This document shows positions 50,321 through 60,899 of a stretch of 64,000 bases of DNA, piece after piece. Position 1 is the first letter of the stretch. Each line of letters starts with the position of its first letter. The notes under the pieces are model-generated. The model was given only the letters and a program-made list of their open reading frames with translations. It did no database searches and was not told where the DNA came from. The position numbers and the translations under genes were made by a program. The DNA lies in contig JAYWGM010000070.1 in the NCBI GenBank assembly GCA_043778225.1, positions 15,831 to 79,830 of the forward strand, read 5' to 3'. The DNA is from Deinococcales bacterium (GTDB taxonomy: Bacteria > Deinococcota > Deinococci > Deinococcales > JAAFIG01).

Positions 50321-51577
50321 TTATTGGAAAATGCGCTTACGAGCAACTTCAAGGCGCTTTAAGATGTTGTCGAGTTGGGCTGGGTTGGACATAAATTCTT
50401 GGAAACCTTTCATGCCAATGTTTGCCATTTCTGGGTCGGTATCGCGGTCGTAGAATTGAGCGATTGCGTCGGCTTTACCAATAATCGTGGCTTGGGCTTT
50501 GGCAATTTGTGGTTTAGAGGCGTAGAGGCTTGCATCTACGTCGGAACGTGGGGCAAGGCGACCCAATTCTTTAACGCCTTTTTCCATTTGCTCTTTAGAA
50601 CCAATAAAGCCCAAGAAGAGTTTAGCATTCTCGAGGTTCTTGGCTTTGGCTGGCAAGAAGTAACCATCGGTTGGAGCTTCTTCGCCAACTGGTATTTTGG
50701 AATCAATGATTGGGAATCTAAAGAAATCTAATTGAGTTTTCTCGAGTCCGTCTTTCCATTGGTCACGCACAAAATCACCGATTAAGAACATACCGCCTTT
50801 TGGCTCGTTAGCGGTCATCAGGGCAGCCGCTTCGTGCCAATCCAAGCTGGCGCTGTCGGAGTTAAAGCACTTTCTGTCCATTAACTGCTTCCAGTAGGTA
50901 AAGACTTTACGAACTCGAGCATCGGTGTACGGGATTTTTCCGTCAGTCACATCAAAGTGGAATTTTGGTCCGTTGACGCGCATATTCAAGAAGTCAAACC
51001 AACCGCCCAAAGGCCACAAGAACTTGCTGCCAGTCACCATTGGGGTCACGCCGGCGGCATTGAGTTTGTCGCAGAGGGTCAGCAGTTGAGTCCACGTTTG
51101 GGCTTCTTTTAGCCCAAGTTTGGCAAACAAATCTTTGCGGTAGTACATTGCCCACCAGTAGTAATTGGTTGGTACAAAAACAAACTTACCATCGGACTTA
51201 GACAGTTCCTGCATACCCTTTGGAAATGTTTTTGTCCAGCCGTTCTTGTTCCAGACATCACCAATATCAGCTGCCAAGCCACGTTCGGCAAAAGCACGCA
51301 TACGGTTGCCGGCGTACCATGTCAGCACGTCTGGTGGATTATCCGAAGCCAAGTAGGTACGGATGGCGGTCTTGAAACCTTCAATGTCTACCGTGTTGTG
51401 GGTGAAATTGATGCCGGGGTAAGCCTTCTTAAAAAGCGCCACTTGCTCTTCGTCGAATTTACGCGGGGCTGGGTCTGATGCCTGCGAGTTGTAGACCAAG
51501 TTACCGCCACCTTGAGCCATAACTGCTGCCGCACCTGCGACAACAGCACCGAGTGCCACTAAAAGCCACTTTTTCAT
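50321..51577 (-). CDS. Carbohydrate ABC substrate-binding protein
   Basis: RBS AGGAGG, signal peptide, PPDVLTWYAG, QFYDRD. Confidence 0.88.
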   Translation of the reverse strand: MKKWLLVALGAVVAGAAAVMAQGGGNLVYNSQASDPAPRKFDEEQVALFKKAYPGINFTHNTVDIEGFKTAIRTYLASDNPPDVLTWYAGNRMRAFAERGLAADIGDVWNKNGWTKTFPKGMQELSKSDGKFVFVPTNYYWWAMYYRKDLFAKLGLKEAQTWTQLLTLCDKLNAAGVTPMVTGSKFLWPLGGWFDFLNMRVNGPKFHFDVTDGKIPYTDARVRKVFTYWKQLMDRKCFNSDSASLDWHEAAALMTANEPKGGMFLIGDFVRDQWKDGLEKTQLDFFRFPIIDSKIPVGEEAPTDGYFLPAKAKNLENAKLFLGFIGSKEQMEKGVKELGRLAPRSDVDASLYASKPQIAKAQATIIGKADAIAQFYDRDTDPEMANIGMKGFQEFMSNPAQLDNILKRLEVARKRIFQ

Positions 51578-51653
51578 CTTTACTCCTCCTAAGTTGTATT
51601 GCGAACCACAGCCTAACATAAAATTGCGCCATATCAATTAGATTTTTTTGGCT

Positions 51654-52601
51654 TTAACCTCCTTTCAAATTTGGTGCAGTTGACTCGCGTAAAATTAAAC
51701 GTGGGGAAATCATTTCAATTGGTGGCATTGGAAAGCCGCGCAGTTTGGTAATTAAAAGACTGGCTGCCCTTGCGCCTTGTTGCTCGAGCGGTTGCTGGAC
51801 AGTTGTCAGGGCTGGCGTGAAGTGTTTGGCAAGTGGAATATCGTCAAAACCAACCAAAGAAATATCTTCGGGGACACGCAGACCCTTGTTGCGAAGCCCA
51901 TGAAGTAAACCAAGCGCAATATAATCGTTGGCAGCAAAAAGCGCCGTTGGACGATGCGCTAAGGCAGACTCGAGCAATGCAAAACCACTTTCGACTGTCC
52001 AATCTCCGGCGTACCAAGGTGCATCTGGGAAATGCTCGAGTAAACCCGTATAGCGCCCTGTGGCGTGTGGTGCAGCGCTTGGACCGCCGACAAAGACCAC
52101 TTTTGTATGCCCAAACTCCAAGAGATGCCGCGCCACCAAACAGCCACCAGTTCGGTGATCCATCGGGACATCATCGAGTTCAACAAGCGGTAATTGGGTT
52201 AGGTATTCTCTGGCTCTAAAGTTCTGAGGCTCGAGTACCAAGACTCCATCTACGCGGTGTTCGGCGAGTATCCCGCCCTTATCCGAAGCTGATTCAAAAT
52301 CTGCAACCAAAACACTGTACCCCAAGGCTCGAGCTTCGCGCTCTGCACCCGAAAAAAGCGTCCCAAAATTTGGGTCGGTTAGGTGCGGTACAAGCATGGC
52401 GATTAAATGGGTGCGCTGTGTGACCATGCTGCGAGCCGCCGCCGATGGACGATAGCCAAGTTCAGAAATCGCCTGCAGAACCCGTTCTTTGGTTTCCAAA
52501 GCAACATAAGGCTTACCCGACAAGACCCGCGAAACCGTTGGGTAAGTAACCCCAGCAGCTTTAGCAACATCTTTGATCGTTGGGCGGCGAGCCAGTGTCA
52601 T
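51654..52601 (-). CDS. LacI family transcriptional regulator
   Basis: PTIKDVAKAAGV...TVSRVL, VPEDISLVGFDD, LTTV. Confidence 0.93.
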   Translation of the reverse strand: MTLARRPTIKDVAKAAGVTYPTVSRVLSGKPYVALETKERVLQAISELGYRPSAAARSMVTQRTHLIAMLVPHLTDPNFGTLFSGAEREARALGYSVLVADFESASDKGGILAEHRVDGVLVLEPQNFRAREYLTQLPLVELDDVPMDHRTGGCLVARHLLEFGHTKVVFVGGPSAAPHATGRYTGLLEHFPDAPWYAGDWTVESGFALLESALAHRPTALFAANDYIALGLLHGLRNKGLRVPEDISLVGFDDIPLAKHFTPALTTVQQPLEQQGARAASLLITKLRGFPMPPIEMISPRLILRESTAPNLKGG

Positions 52602-52655
52602 AGGGTAATCCTTGAGAGAAAGAACCAATGCCCTTGGAGGCGCATGGTGGGTTTC

Positions 52656-52694
52656 TGTAAACGTTTGTCTAAACGTGTGCAGAATACTTGTCAA
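52656..52694 (-). promoter_or_regulatory. Promoter and LacI-type operator(s) of the lacI-ABC operon
   Basis: Minus strand TTGACA (52694-52689), 17 nt, TAGACA; AAACGTTT core palindrome at 52659-52666. Confidence 0.5.
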
Positions 52695-52831
52695 CGCCAA
52701 GACTGTCAAGTGGAAATTGCTGCCTCTTGTTGTTTTGGCATTGCTCGAGTAATCTCAAATTGGCTACGAATTGTTGGGCATGAATTGATGTGCCATTTGT
52801 AAAATCAATCTCAACACTCGAGAGGAAGAAT

Positions 52832-54574
52832 TTGAACACACCACGCATCGCACTTGTTTTGTACGCCCATCAACCCGTCGGTAATCTCGAGGAAGGGGTG
52901 CGACGGGCGTTGCGCGAAGCCTATTTACCGGCTTTGGCGGCACTCGAGGCACACACCAAGCTCAAAAGTAATTTATATTTGTCTGGGGCATTGCTCGAAT
53001 GGCTCGAACGGCTCGAGCCGATTGCCCTTTCAAGGTTAGCTGCCTTACGCGCACGGGTCGAATTTTTGGCTGGGGCAATGTATCACCCACTTTTAGCCCA
53101 GACTCCCAAAGCTGATGTCGAAGGGCAAGTCAAAGCCCATATTGGCTTACTCGAAAAGTTTTTTAACGCCACACCACGCGGTCTTTGGATTCCAGAATTT
53201 GCTTGGGAAGCGCAGCTGCCAGCCCATCTTGCCGAGACTGGCTTAGCGTACACGGTGCTGCCCGAATCACTTTTTGCAGCCGTTGGCATCCAAAATGGGG
53301 TGCTGTTCTCGAGCGAAGAATTTGGTCAGAGCCTGCGGATTTTTCGAGCTTCGCAAGCCAACTTGGAAAGTCTGCCAAGCCTAACGGGCGATTTGGTGCT
53401 GCTGGTTAAACTCGAGGATTTGGCAGGGCGGGTTAAGGGTTTTGCCGCCCTGCTCGAGCATTTAGAACACTTTGAAACAATGCGCTTATCGACCATGCTC
53501 GATGCCAGTCGCCGCAGCGATTTGGTCTATTTACCCAACGCTAAGCCCGAAAAGTATTCGAGTTGGCGAGAAATCCTGCACCGACACCGCGGCATTGGGC
53601 ATTTACAACAACGGATTGCTTATGTTTCCGAAAAACTGAATGCCGTTTTTCGAGTTCCCGAAGAGGCTTTTTTGCACCTCTGGCGCGCCCAAGACAGCGC
53701 TGTACTGCACGAGGCTGGCGCACAGCGCAATTATTTGCGCTTTGAAGCCTACCGCCACCTGATTCAAGCCGAGAATATGCTCGAGCCACGCAAATATGGC
53801 TGGCTCGAGATTGATTACCGCGACCTAGACTTTGACGGCGTACCCGATGTGATTGCCGAAGCTCACACCATGAATCTCTATTTTAGTGCTGCCCAAGGTG
53901 GCGGGATTCTCGAGTTTGATGCTCGAGAAGTGGCAGCCAACTTGTGCGACCCATTTTGCAGCCCACTTTCTTTGACCGACCACTTTTTAGAACCCGAAGC
54001 CACGACTGTCCAGAATTTTGCCAACGGTACATACCTCGAGTTGGGCGATTTTACCGATGGCTTGTACGAAATCGGCAAGTACCGCGACCGCGTGACCCTG
54101 ACCCGTCTTGGCACAGTTCGTGGACCGGCTGGCGCACCTGTGGCGGTCGAAATTAAAAAAGCGGTGCGCTTAAAACCCAAAGAAAATACCCTTGAAATCG
54201 AGTACCAGATTCACAATAAAGGCGACTGGGATATTGTGCTGCGCTTTGGTAGCCTCTGGAACTTTGCATTGCTTGCACCACACTCGAGCCAACGCCAATT
54301 TACCGTGGCTGGGCAAGCCGTCAGCGACCTCGGCGCAACTTTGGAGCATCGCAATGTGCTTCAGGCAGGTTGGCGCGACGAATGGCTTGGCGCAGAACTA
54401 ATTTTTGATTTTCCGCGTGAAACCACGCTCTGGACACACCCTGTTTACACCGAATCAGAAGGGCAAAAGCACTATCAGTCCAGCGTTTTTATGCCGCTCT
54501 GGGATGTGGATGTGCCAAAGCGTCGCTCGAGACGACTCGAGTACAGCATCAGGCTTGAGAAGGTAAAAAGGTAA
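52832..54574 (+). CDS. GH57 alpha-amylase/4-alpha-glucanotransferase-like protein
   Basis: AHQPVGN, YLP, RGLWIPE, DLDFDG, ELGDF; TTG start after GAGGAAG. Confidence 0.75.
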   Translation: MNTPRIALVLYAHQPVGNLEEGVRRALREAYLPALAALEAHTKLKSNLYLSGALLEWLERLEPIALSRLAALRARVEFLAGAMYHPLLAQTPKADVEGQVKAHIGLLEKFFNATPRGLWIPEFAWEAQLPAHLAETGLAYTVLPESLFAAVGIQNGVLFSSEEFGQSLRIFRASQANLESLPSLTGDLVLLVKLEDLAGRVKGFAALLEHLEHFETMRLSTMLDASRRSDLVYLPNAKPEKYSSWREILHRHRGIGHLQQRIAYVSEKLNAVFRVPEEAFLHLWRAQDSAVLHEAGAQRNYLRFEAYRHLIQAENMLEPRKYGWLEIDYRDLDFDGVPDVIAEAHTMNLYFSAAQGGGILEFDAREVAANLCDPFCSPLSLTDHFLEPEATTVQNFANGTYLELGDFTDGLYEIGKYRDRVTLTRLGTVRGPAGAPVAVEIKKAVRLKPKENTLEIEYQIHNKGDWDIVLRFGSLWNFALLAPHSSQRQFTVAGQAVSDLGATLEHRNVLQAGWRDEWLGAELIFDFPRETTLWTHPVYTESEGQKHYQSSVFMPLWDVDVPKRRSRRLEYSIRLEKVKR

Positions 54575-54639
54575 GGAGAAGGTCAAAAGGTTAAAAGTAA
54601 GTACGGATTTGACCCTTTAACCTTTTGACCCTTTCACCC
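54560..54639. repeat. Short 8-nt-period inverted repeat cluster
   Basis: GGTCAAAAGGTTAAA (54581-) pairs with TTTAACCTTTTGACC (-54630). Confidence 0.7.
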
Positions 54640-54652
54640 TAAGCTCTTATTT

Positions 54653-55540
54653 ATGATTAAACTTGCACAAGGCATTTATTATCTGGCGGGCGGCGTGAAC
54701 TGTGGCATTCTCGAGACTCCTGATGGTGGCTGTATTTTCGTGGATACAGGCAATTCTGAAGACAGTGGAAAAAAACTTTTGAAAGCTGCTCGGGCTGCAA
54801 ACCTCGAGCCAAGGGCAATTATCAATACCCATGCTCATGCCGACCATTACGGCGGCAATGCGTATTTGGTCAAGCACCTCGAGATTCCAGTCTATGCCCC
54901 GATTTTTGAGGAAAGCATTTTGCGTTATCCGATTCTCGAGCCAATTTATTTGTGGAGTGGCGCAAGGGCGCACAAACAACTGCACAATAAATTTTTGCTG
55001 GCTGCTCCAAGCCCTGCCAAGGTACTAAACGAAGCTGGGACACGCAAAATCGCTGGGCTAGAAATCGAACTGCTCGAGGTTTCGGGTCATGCCCACATTC
55101 AATTTGCGGTTTTGTCAGGCGATGTACTTTTTGCTGCCGATGCGGTTTTTGGTATAAACATTCTCGAGAAATACCCGCTTAGTTTTATGGTGGATATACA
55201 AAATGCCAAAGATGCAATCGAAAACGTGCGCTACAGTGGTGCAAAAATTGTGCTGCCTGGACACGGCGAACCAACCACCGAAATAGCTGCGCTTTGTGAT
55301 GCGAATTTAGCTGCCCTCGAAAATGCCAACCAAGCTGTTCTTAGGGCTTGCGCTCAAGCTGGAACAACCCCAGAAATACTGGCTCGAGTTTGCCACATAT
55401 TCGGTATTGAAATGACCGACTTAACAGGGTATGTGCTGAATCAAACGGCGGTCATCGCGCACCTAACCAATCTCGAGGAACGTGGGTTGATACGACACGC
55501 AATTGTGCAAAATACACTGGTTTGGCAGCGACTTGATTGA
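54653..55540 (+). CDS. MBL-fold metallo-hydrolase
   Basis: THAHADHYGG, SGH, AD, PGHG. Confidence 0.88.
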   Translation: MIKLAQGIYYLAGGVNCGILETPDGGCIFVDTGNSEDSGKKLLKAARAANLEPRAIINTHAHADHYGGNAYLVKHLEIPVYAPIFEESILRYPILEPIYLWSGARAHKQLHNKFLLAAPSPAKVLNEAGTRKIAGLEIELLEVSGHAHIQFAVLSGDVLFAADAVFGINILEKYPLSFMVDIQNAKDAIENVRYSGAKIVLPGHGEPTTEIAALCDANLAALENANQAVLRACAQAGTTPEILARVCHIFGIEMTDLTGYVLNQTAVIAHLTNLEERGLIRHAIVQNTLVWQRLD

Positions 55541-55604
55541 GCATTTTATACAGTCCAAGGATTCATGCCTAAGAAGGCTAACCGCTCGAGGAAATCACCA
55601 TGAA

Positions 55605-56060
55605 TTATTTTTGGTCTGGCTCGAGCAGGTCGCGCAGTGCATTGCGAAGAATCCCCATGCGGTATTTGCCCAATGTGCTTTCGTAGTTGTTCTCGATTTC
55701 TTTTTTGATTTCATACGCATCTTGCAGTAATCCCCAGCCTTGTTCGGTGAAGGTAATAATGCTGGCGCGTCCGTCAGTATTGTCGGGTTGGCGTTGCACG
55801 TACTTGGCAGTCTCGAGTTCGGTAATTAAAACCCCAATGGCTTGTTTGCTGATACCTGCGCGTTCTGCCAGTTCCGAGGCTCGAGTACCGTTTAAGTCTA
55901 TGTGGGCTATCAGTCCAATGGCACTCGAGCTTATTTGGTGTCCTCGAGCTTGGAGTTTTTGGCTGGCAGTGTCGGCGAATTGCCGGTAGGCACGGAGCAG
56001 TAACCGTCCGATGTGGTCTTGACGGAGTTCTTGGATTTGTTGGGTGCTGACGGGGTTCAT
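55605..56060 (-). CDS. MarR family regulator
   Basis: SELAERAGISKQA...DGRA...TEQG. Confidence 0.9.
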   Translation of the reverse strand: MNPVSTQQIQELRQDHIGRLLLRAYRQFADTASQKLQARGHQISSSAIGLIAHIDLNGTRASELAERAGISKQAIGVLITELETAKYVQRQPDNTDGRASIITFTEQGWGLLQDAYEIKKEIENNYESTLGKYRMGILRNALRDLLEPDQK

Positions 56061-56097
56061 TGGCGTTAGTTTAGCGTGTTTGCTAATCAAGAAATTG

Positions 56098-56136
56098 GTA
56101 AATCTAGTTGACAAATTAGACAATCAAGTTTACTAT
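56098..56136 (+). promoter_or_regulatory. Sigma70 promoter overlapped by two similar imperfect palindromes (probable MarR sites)
   Basis: TTGACA 56108-56113, 17 nt, TACTAT 56131-56136; GTAAATCTAGTTGAC and GACAATCAAGTTTAC. Confidence 0.55.
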
Positions 56137-56175
56137 ATTCGCAATGCCAAGTAAATTCTGGCACAAGGAGAAAAA

Positions 56176-56727
56176 ATGCAGCTTCAAACAGGAAAACCCG
56201 CCCCAAGCGTCGAGACTCGAGATGTGTTTGACCAGACCATCACCATCGGCGGCACTTCACAACACTGGACACTGATTTCATTTTTACGCAATGGGGCTTG
56301 TGCCATGTGTAACCTCAGAATCCACATGATGATTGCCCAGTACCCAGCATTAAAGAACCTCGGACTCGAGATGATTGCCATTTTTGAATCTCCAGTCTCG
56401 AGTATCCGCGCAAACGTTACCAAGCAGAATGTGCCATTTGCTTTACTCAGCGACCCAGAAGCCAAATTGTACGAATTGTACGGTGTTGAAACATCCCAAG
56501 AAAAAGTGGCATTGACCATGCAAATGCCAGAAACTCAGGTTGCCATTCAACAAGCCGCCAATCTTGGTTATGCCCTCATCCCAGAAGAAGGCAGTAATTT
56601 CTACCGCATCCCAGCCGATTTTTTAATAGACCCAAACGGTAACTTGCGAATTGCACATTATGCCAATCACCTGACTGACCATCTCTCGTTTGAACAAATC
56701 CGACAAACCATACTCGAGCGCCAATAA
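56176..56727 (+). CDS. AhpC/TSA (peroxiredoxin-like) protein
   Basis: FLRNGACAMC, LLSDP, PADFLID. Confidence 0.8.
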   Translation: MQLQTGKPAPSVETRDVFDQTITIGGTSQHWTLISFLRNGACAMCNLRIHMMIAQYPALKNLGLEMIAIFESPVSSIRANVTKQNVPFALLSDPEAKLYELYGVETSQEKVALTMQMPETQVAIQQAANLGYALIPEEGSNFYRIPADFLIDPNGNLRIAHYANHLTDHLSFEQIRQTILERQ

Positions 56728-56775
56728 GTTCTTGTGCGTATTGCCCAACCAAACCTAAACCTGTAGATTTTACTC

Positions 56776-57348
56776 ATGCAAATTTCGGTTTTTATTGCCA
56801 CCAGCTTAGATGGTTTTATTGCTCGAGCAAACAGCGATTTGGACTGGCTGCCTCAAGACCAAAGTGAAGACCACGGATACAATGCGTTCTTCTCGAGCAT
56901 AGATACAATGCTGATGGGTCGCAAAACTTACGAGACAATTCTTGGGTTTTCGCCGTTCCCATACGAGGGTAAGCGCGTGGTGGTGTGCAGCCGCACCCTG
57001 ACCGCAGCGCCAGACCACTTGATTGGCAAACTCGAGTTTCGGGCTGAACCACTGCCAGACTTGGTAAAAATGCTCAAGGCAGACGGTGCAAAGCACATTT
57101 ATGCTGATGGTGGGCAGATTATTACGGCATTACTCGAGGCTGGGTTGGTCAACCGCTTGGTGCTGACTCGAGTGCCAGTCTTGCTGGGTTCTGGGATTCC
57201 TCTTTTTGGGGCTTTAAGTGCTGATATTACCTTGCAGCACATTGAAACAAAGTCTTTTGTAAACGGCTTGGTGCAAAGTGTGTATGAAATTAAGCCCCAA
57301 GACACGCAACTCGAGACAATAAAATCCTTGATTGATTTTGGATTGTAA
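56776..57348 (+). CDS. Dihydrofolate reductase/RibD C-terminal family protein
   Basis: IATSLDGFIA, MGRKTYE, YADGG, PVLLGSGIPLF. Confidence 0.9.
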   Translation: MQISVFIATSLDGFIARANSDLDWLPQDQSEDHGYNAFFSSIDTMLMGRKTYETILGFSPFPYEGKRVVVCSRTLTAAPDHLIGKLEFRAEPLPDLVKMLKADGAKHIYADGGQIITALLEAGLVNRLVLTRVPVLLGSGIPLFGALSADITLQHIETKSFVNGLVQSVYEIKPQDTQLETIKSLIDFGL

Positions 57349-57514
57349 AGTGCCGAAGTGGGGCGGGTATCTGTGCTAAAAGATGATTTGATTTCAGAAA
57401 TCAAGTTGTTAGGGCGGACTCGAGCAGGATTGTTGGAAAATAGTTGAAGATGCCTGCGTCACCCCCAAAAATACGCCTCTTGCATAAAGCCTCGAGTACG
57501 GTATACTACATGGC

Positions 57515-60500
57515 GTGACGCGACGTACCGCACAAGCGGCGGGGTCGTCGGGCGTTTTACAACCAGTCAGCAAACCAACAGCCAAATCTGCTGCTGGTGC
57601 TGCGCGGTTGCTTGCCCGCGCCCAACTCGCCATTTTTTCCTTAAAACCACTCGAGACTGGCTTATACGCTGGGCTTCCCCAAGTGGCACGTTTAATGCTG
57701 TTTGCTCGAGATGACCAAGCGGTGCTGCTGACCACACCAGAACGGATGCGGCTTTACAAGGACTTAGCGGTGCTGGGTCGGCAATCGAGCATCAATCCTG
57801 GAATTGCTGATTGGGCTGAACTGGAGAATCATGTGGTCTTAGACATTGCCACGGCACTCGAGGATTTTCCGTCTGAACCAAATGCTTTTAGGCTCGAGTT
57901 AAGGGTTGGTACAAGCTACACTCGAGATGATTTTTTAACGCGGCTCGAGGCTTTGGGCTACGAGCGCGAAGAAAATCTGGACAAAGCCGATTTTGAAAAA
58001 ACCGATGGGTTTTTTAAGGTTTTGGGCGATACTTTAGAAATTACCATTAACCGCTCTGGGCAGGATAAAACAAGGCGAGAAGTCCGAGCCGAATTTTTTG
58101 GCGATGACCTCGAGACCTTAAAACTCAACAACGAGAAAATTAAGCATTTTAGCCTCGCGCCGCTTGGCGATTACGTGCCAGAAGTGGCGTGGGACAGTAC
58201 ACGGCTCGAGCGAGTTGCTGGGCGGGTCTATCTGGATTCGCCAGAGTTTTTTGAAGGCTATTTAACAACCAAGCAGCATCAGCGTTTATGGGCGCATTTA
58301 GCCACTCGAGCCGTGATTTCTTTTGGGGCAACACCACTGTTCCTCGAGACCAAACAATCTTTGCTTGAACCTATGGCGTTTTATCGTGCCAGACTTAAAA
58401 TGTTTGCCGAGGATGCCAAGAACTGGATAGAGGAGGGCTACCGTGTGCAAGTGCTGCTGAAACACGAGCGCACTGGGGCGTATTTGCAAACCAATGTCCT
58501 CAATGCCGAAAGTGGTGTGCCGATGGTCTGGGAATGGCGGGCTGAGCCGCAAGTTGGTAAAGTCACACTGACCCTCGGGACTGCCGAAGCTGGTTTTATT
58601 GACCGCGAAAATAAATTGGTTGTCCTGACCGAAGATGCGCTGTACGGTTTTACCGGTGGCGCGAGTTTGCGAATGCGAAAGCTGCGTGGCAATCCAGTTT
58701 CGGACACGATGGCATTAACCGTCAACGATTACCTGATTCACCCCGAACACGGCATTGGGCAGTTCCTCGGACTCGAGGCACGGCTGGTGCTGGGCGTGAT
58801 GCGCGATTACATTCATTTGCGCTATGCCAACGATGCTCGAATTTACTTGCCTGTCGAGCAACTGCCATTCCTCAAACGCCATCCCGGTACGACCGACGAC
58901 CCGCCGCGTTTAAGTACCTTAGGCACAAACGACTGGGCAAAGGCTCGAGAAAAAGCCAAGAAGAACGCCGAGGAATTGGCACAGAAACTCTTAATTCAGT
59001 ACGCGGCACGGCAAGCCACTTCGGGCATTTCGTACCCTCCAGCCCCGATGGAATGGGACACGGACTTCAACAAGAACTTCCCATTTGAATTTACCAAAGA
59101 CCAAGGCAGAGCCATTAAGGATGTCTACAAAGACCTCGAGCGTGCCATGCCGATGGATAGACTTGTTTCAGGCGATGTGGGCTTTGGTAAAACCGAAGTG
59201 GCGGTGCGTGCCGCCCACCGAGTTGTTGCCAATGGTCGCCAAGTTGCGATTCTCGTGCCAACCACGCTTCTAGCCGAACAGCACCTCGAGACAATACGGC
59301 GGCGCTTTGCCGATACGCCAGTCATCGTGGCGGGATTAAGCCGCTTTACGCCAAACAAAGAAGTTGAGGGTGTCTTCAAGCACCTGCGCGAAGGTAAAAT
59401 TGATATTGTCATCGGTACGCATCGCCTTCTTGCTGAGCAGCTTAGTTTCAAAAACCTTGGATTACTGATTATTGACGAAGAACATCGTTTTGGTGTGATG
59501 CAAAAAGAAAAACTCAAAGCCCTCAAAGCCGGCGAACTCTCCCTCTCGAGTTTTCGGGATGTTGTCCTCGAGAATGAAAAAGACTCCAAGCCCAAAGCCC
59601 GAAAAAGTGGCTCGAGAACGGCTCAAGCCGCCTCAGTCATTGCCCACGACCTCTCGAGCATTATGGGCAATGTGATTGGGGTCAAGCGCGAACGCAAAGT
59701 TGAATTGACCGAACACGCCATAGATGTCATGACCCTTTCTGCCACGCCGATTCCGCGCACCTTGTACATGAGCATGGTTGGTCTGCGTGATATGAGCCAC
59801 ATTGCCACGCCACCTGCGGGGCGCAAACCGATTCAGACCGTCCTTTCGCCATTTGACCCATTCACAGTCCGAGACGCAGTTCTGCACGAAATGGAACGCG
59901 GCGGCAAATGCTTTTATATTCATGACCGCGTGGCAAGCATTGGCAGACGCGCCCAGTACCTACAAACCCTGATTCCAGAAGCTCGGATTGCGGTGGCGCA
60001 CGGTCAAATGCCCGATGGCGAAATCGAAGAAATCATGCAGGGCTTTGAAGAAGGTGCGTTTGATGTGCTGGTTGCCACAACGATTGTTGAATCGGGCTTG
60101 GATATTCCAGAAGCAAATACAATTTTAATAGAACGCTCAGACCGCCTTGGCTTGGCGCAACTCTACCAACTGCGCGGACGTGTGGGTCGCCGTCAAACCG
60201 AGGCATTCGCCTATTTCTTTTATCCGCCGCGCCTGTCCGAAAATGCCGAGCGTCGTCTCTGGGCAATTGCGGATTTAACCGACCTTGGCAGTGGGCATTT
60301 ATTAGCCGAAAAAGACATGGAAATTCGCGGGGTTGGCAATATTCTTGGCGCAGAGCAACATGGGCATATTCAAAATGTGTCACTCGAGGTCTACACCGAA
60401 CTGCTTGGCGAAGCGATTGGAAAACTCAAGGGCGAAGAAAAAGTTATTCCACCACGACTTGCGATAGACCTAAAAGTCAATGCCCGACTCGAGCCAGAGT

Positions 60501-60886
60501 ATATTCCCGAAGAACTCGAGCGAATCGAATACTATGGGCGCTTATCCGAAAGCACCAGCCTTGGCGAAATTAGCCGAGTTGAACGCGAAATGAAATCTAA
60601 ACACGGGGTTGTGCCGCTCGAGGTGCAGAATTTTCTCGAGTTAGCCCGTTTACGTGTGGTTGGTACAGCCAAAGGCGCAATGAGCGTCGGCGAAACCATG
60701 ACCCAATTGGTGGTGCAGTTTGCGCCAAATCGTGGCAGTTTGGATTATGATGCAAGGGCAGCCAAAAACCACCCGAATAAATTACTGGTCACAAAGTACC
60801 CGCCGGGTTTTACGCTCGAGAAGAAAGGCTTAAAACCCGAGGAGTACGCAAGAGCAATTCTCGAGGCGCTGTATGCCTTTGCTTGA
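57515..60886 (+). CDS. mfd: Transcription-repair coupling factor
   Basis: HPEHGIG (CarD-like RID), [37 protein letters not shown]-terminus. Confidence 0.95.
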   Translation: MTRRTAQAAGSSGVLQPVSKPTAKSAAGAARLLARAQLAIFSLKPLETGLYAGLPQVARLMLFARDDQAVLLTTPERMRLYKDLAVLGRQSSINPGIADWAELENHVVLDIATALEDFPSEPNAFRLELRVGTSYTRDDFLTRLEALGYEREENLDKADFEKTDGFFKVLGDTLEITINRSGQDKTRREVRAEFFGDDLETLKLNNEKIKHFSLAPLGDYVPEVAWDSTRLERVAGRVYLDSPEFFEGYLTTKQHQRLWAHLATRAVISFGATPLFLETKQSLLEPMAFYRARLKMFAEDAKNWIEEGYRVQVLLKHERTGAYLQTNVLNAESGVPMVWEWRAEPQVGKVTLTLGTAEAGFIDRENKLVVLTEDALYGFTGGASLRMRKLRGNPVSDTMALTVNDYLIHPEHGIGQFLGLEARLVLGVMRDYIHLRYANDARIYLPVEQLPFLKRHPGTTDDPPRLSTLGTNDWAKAREKAKKNAEELAQKLLIQYAARQATSGISYPPAPMEWDTDFNKNFPFEFTKDQGRAIKDVYKDLERAMPMDRLVSGDVGFGKTEVAVRAAHRVVANGRQVAILVPTTLLAEQHLETIRRRFADTPVIVAGLSRFTPNKEVEGVFKHLREGKIDIVIGTHRLLAEQLSFKNLGLLIIDEEHRFGVMQKEKLKALKAGELSLSSFRDVVLENEKDSKPKARKSGSRTAQAASVIAHDLSSIMGNVIGVKRERKVELTEHAIDVMTLSATPIPRTLYMSMVGLRDMSHIATPPAGRKPIQTVLSPFDPFTVRDAVLHEMERGGKCFYIHDRVASIGRRAQYLQTLIPEARIAVAHGQMPDGEIEEIMQGFEEGAFDVLVATTIVESGLDIPEANTILIERSDRLGLAQLYQLRGRVGRRQTEAFAYFFYPPRLSENAERRLWAIADLTDLGSGHLLAEKDMEIRGVGNILGAEQHGHIQNVSLEVYTELLGEAIGKLKGEEKVIPPRLAIDLKVNARLEPEYIPEELERIEYYGRLSESTSLGEISRVEREMKSKHGVVPLEVQNFLELARLRVVGTAKGAMSVGETMTQLVVQFAPNRGSLDYDARAAKNHPNKLLVTKYPPGFTLEKKGLKPEEYARAILEALYAFA

Positions 60887-60899
60887 GATATAATTGCCC

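Noticed and set aside
59528..59718. Intein in mfd
   Set aside because: Too short; no N-terminal Cys/Ser block or C-terminal His-Asn
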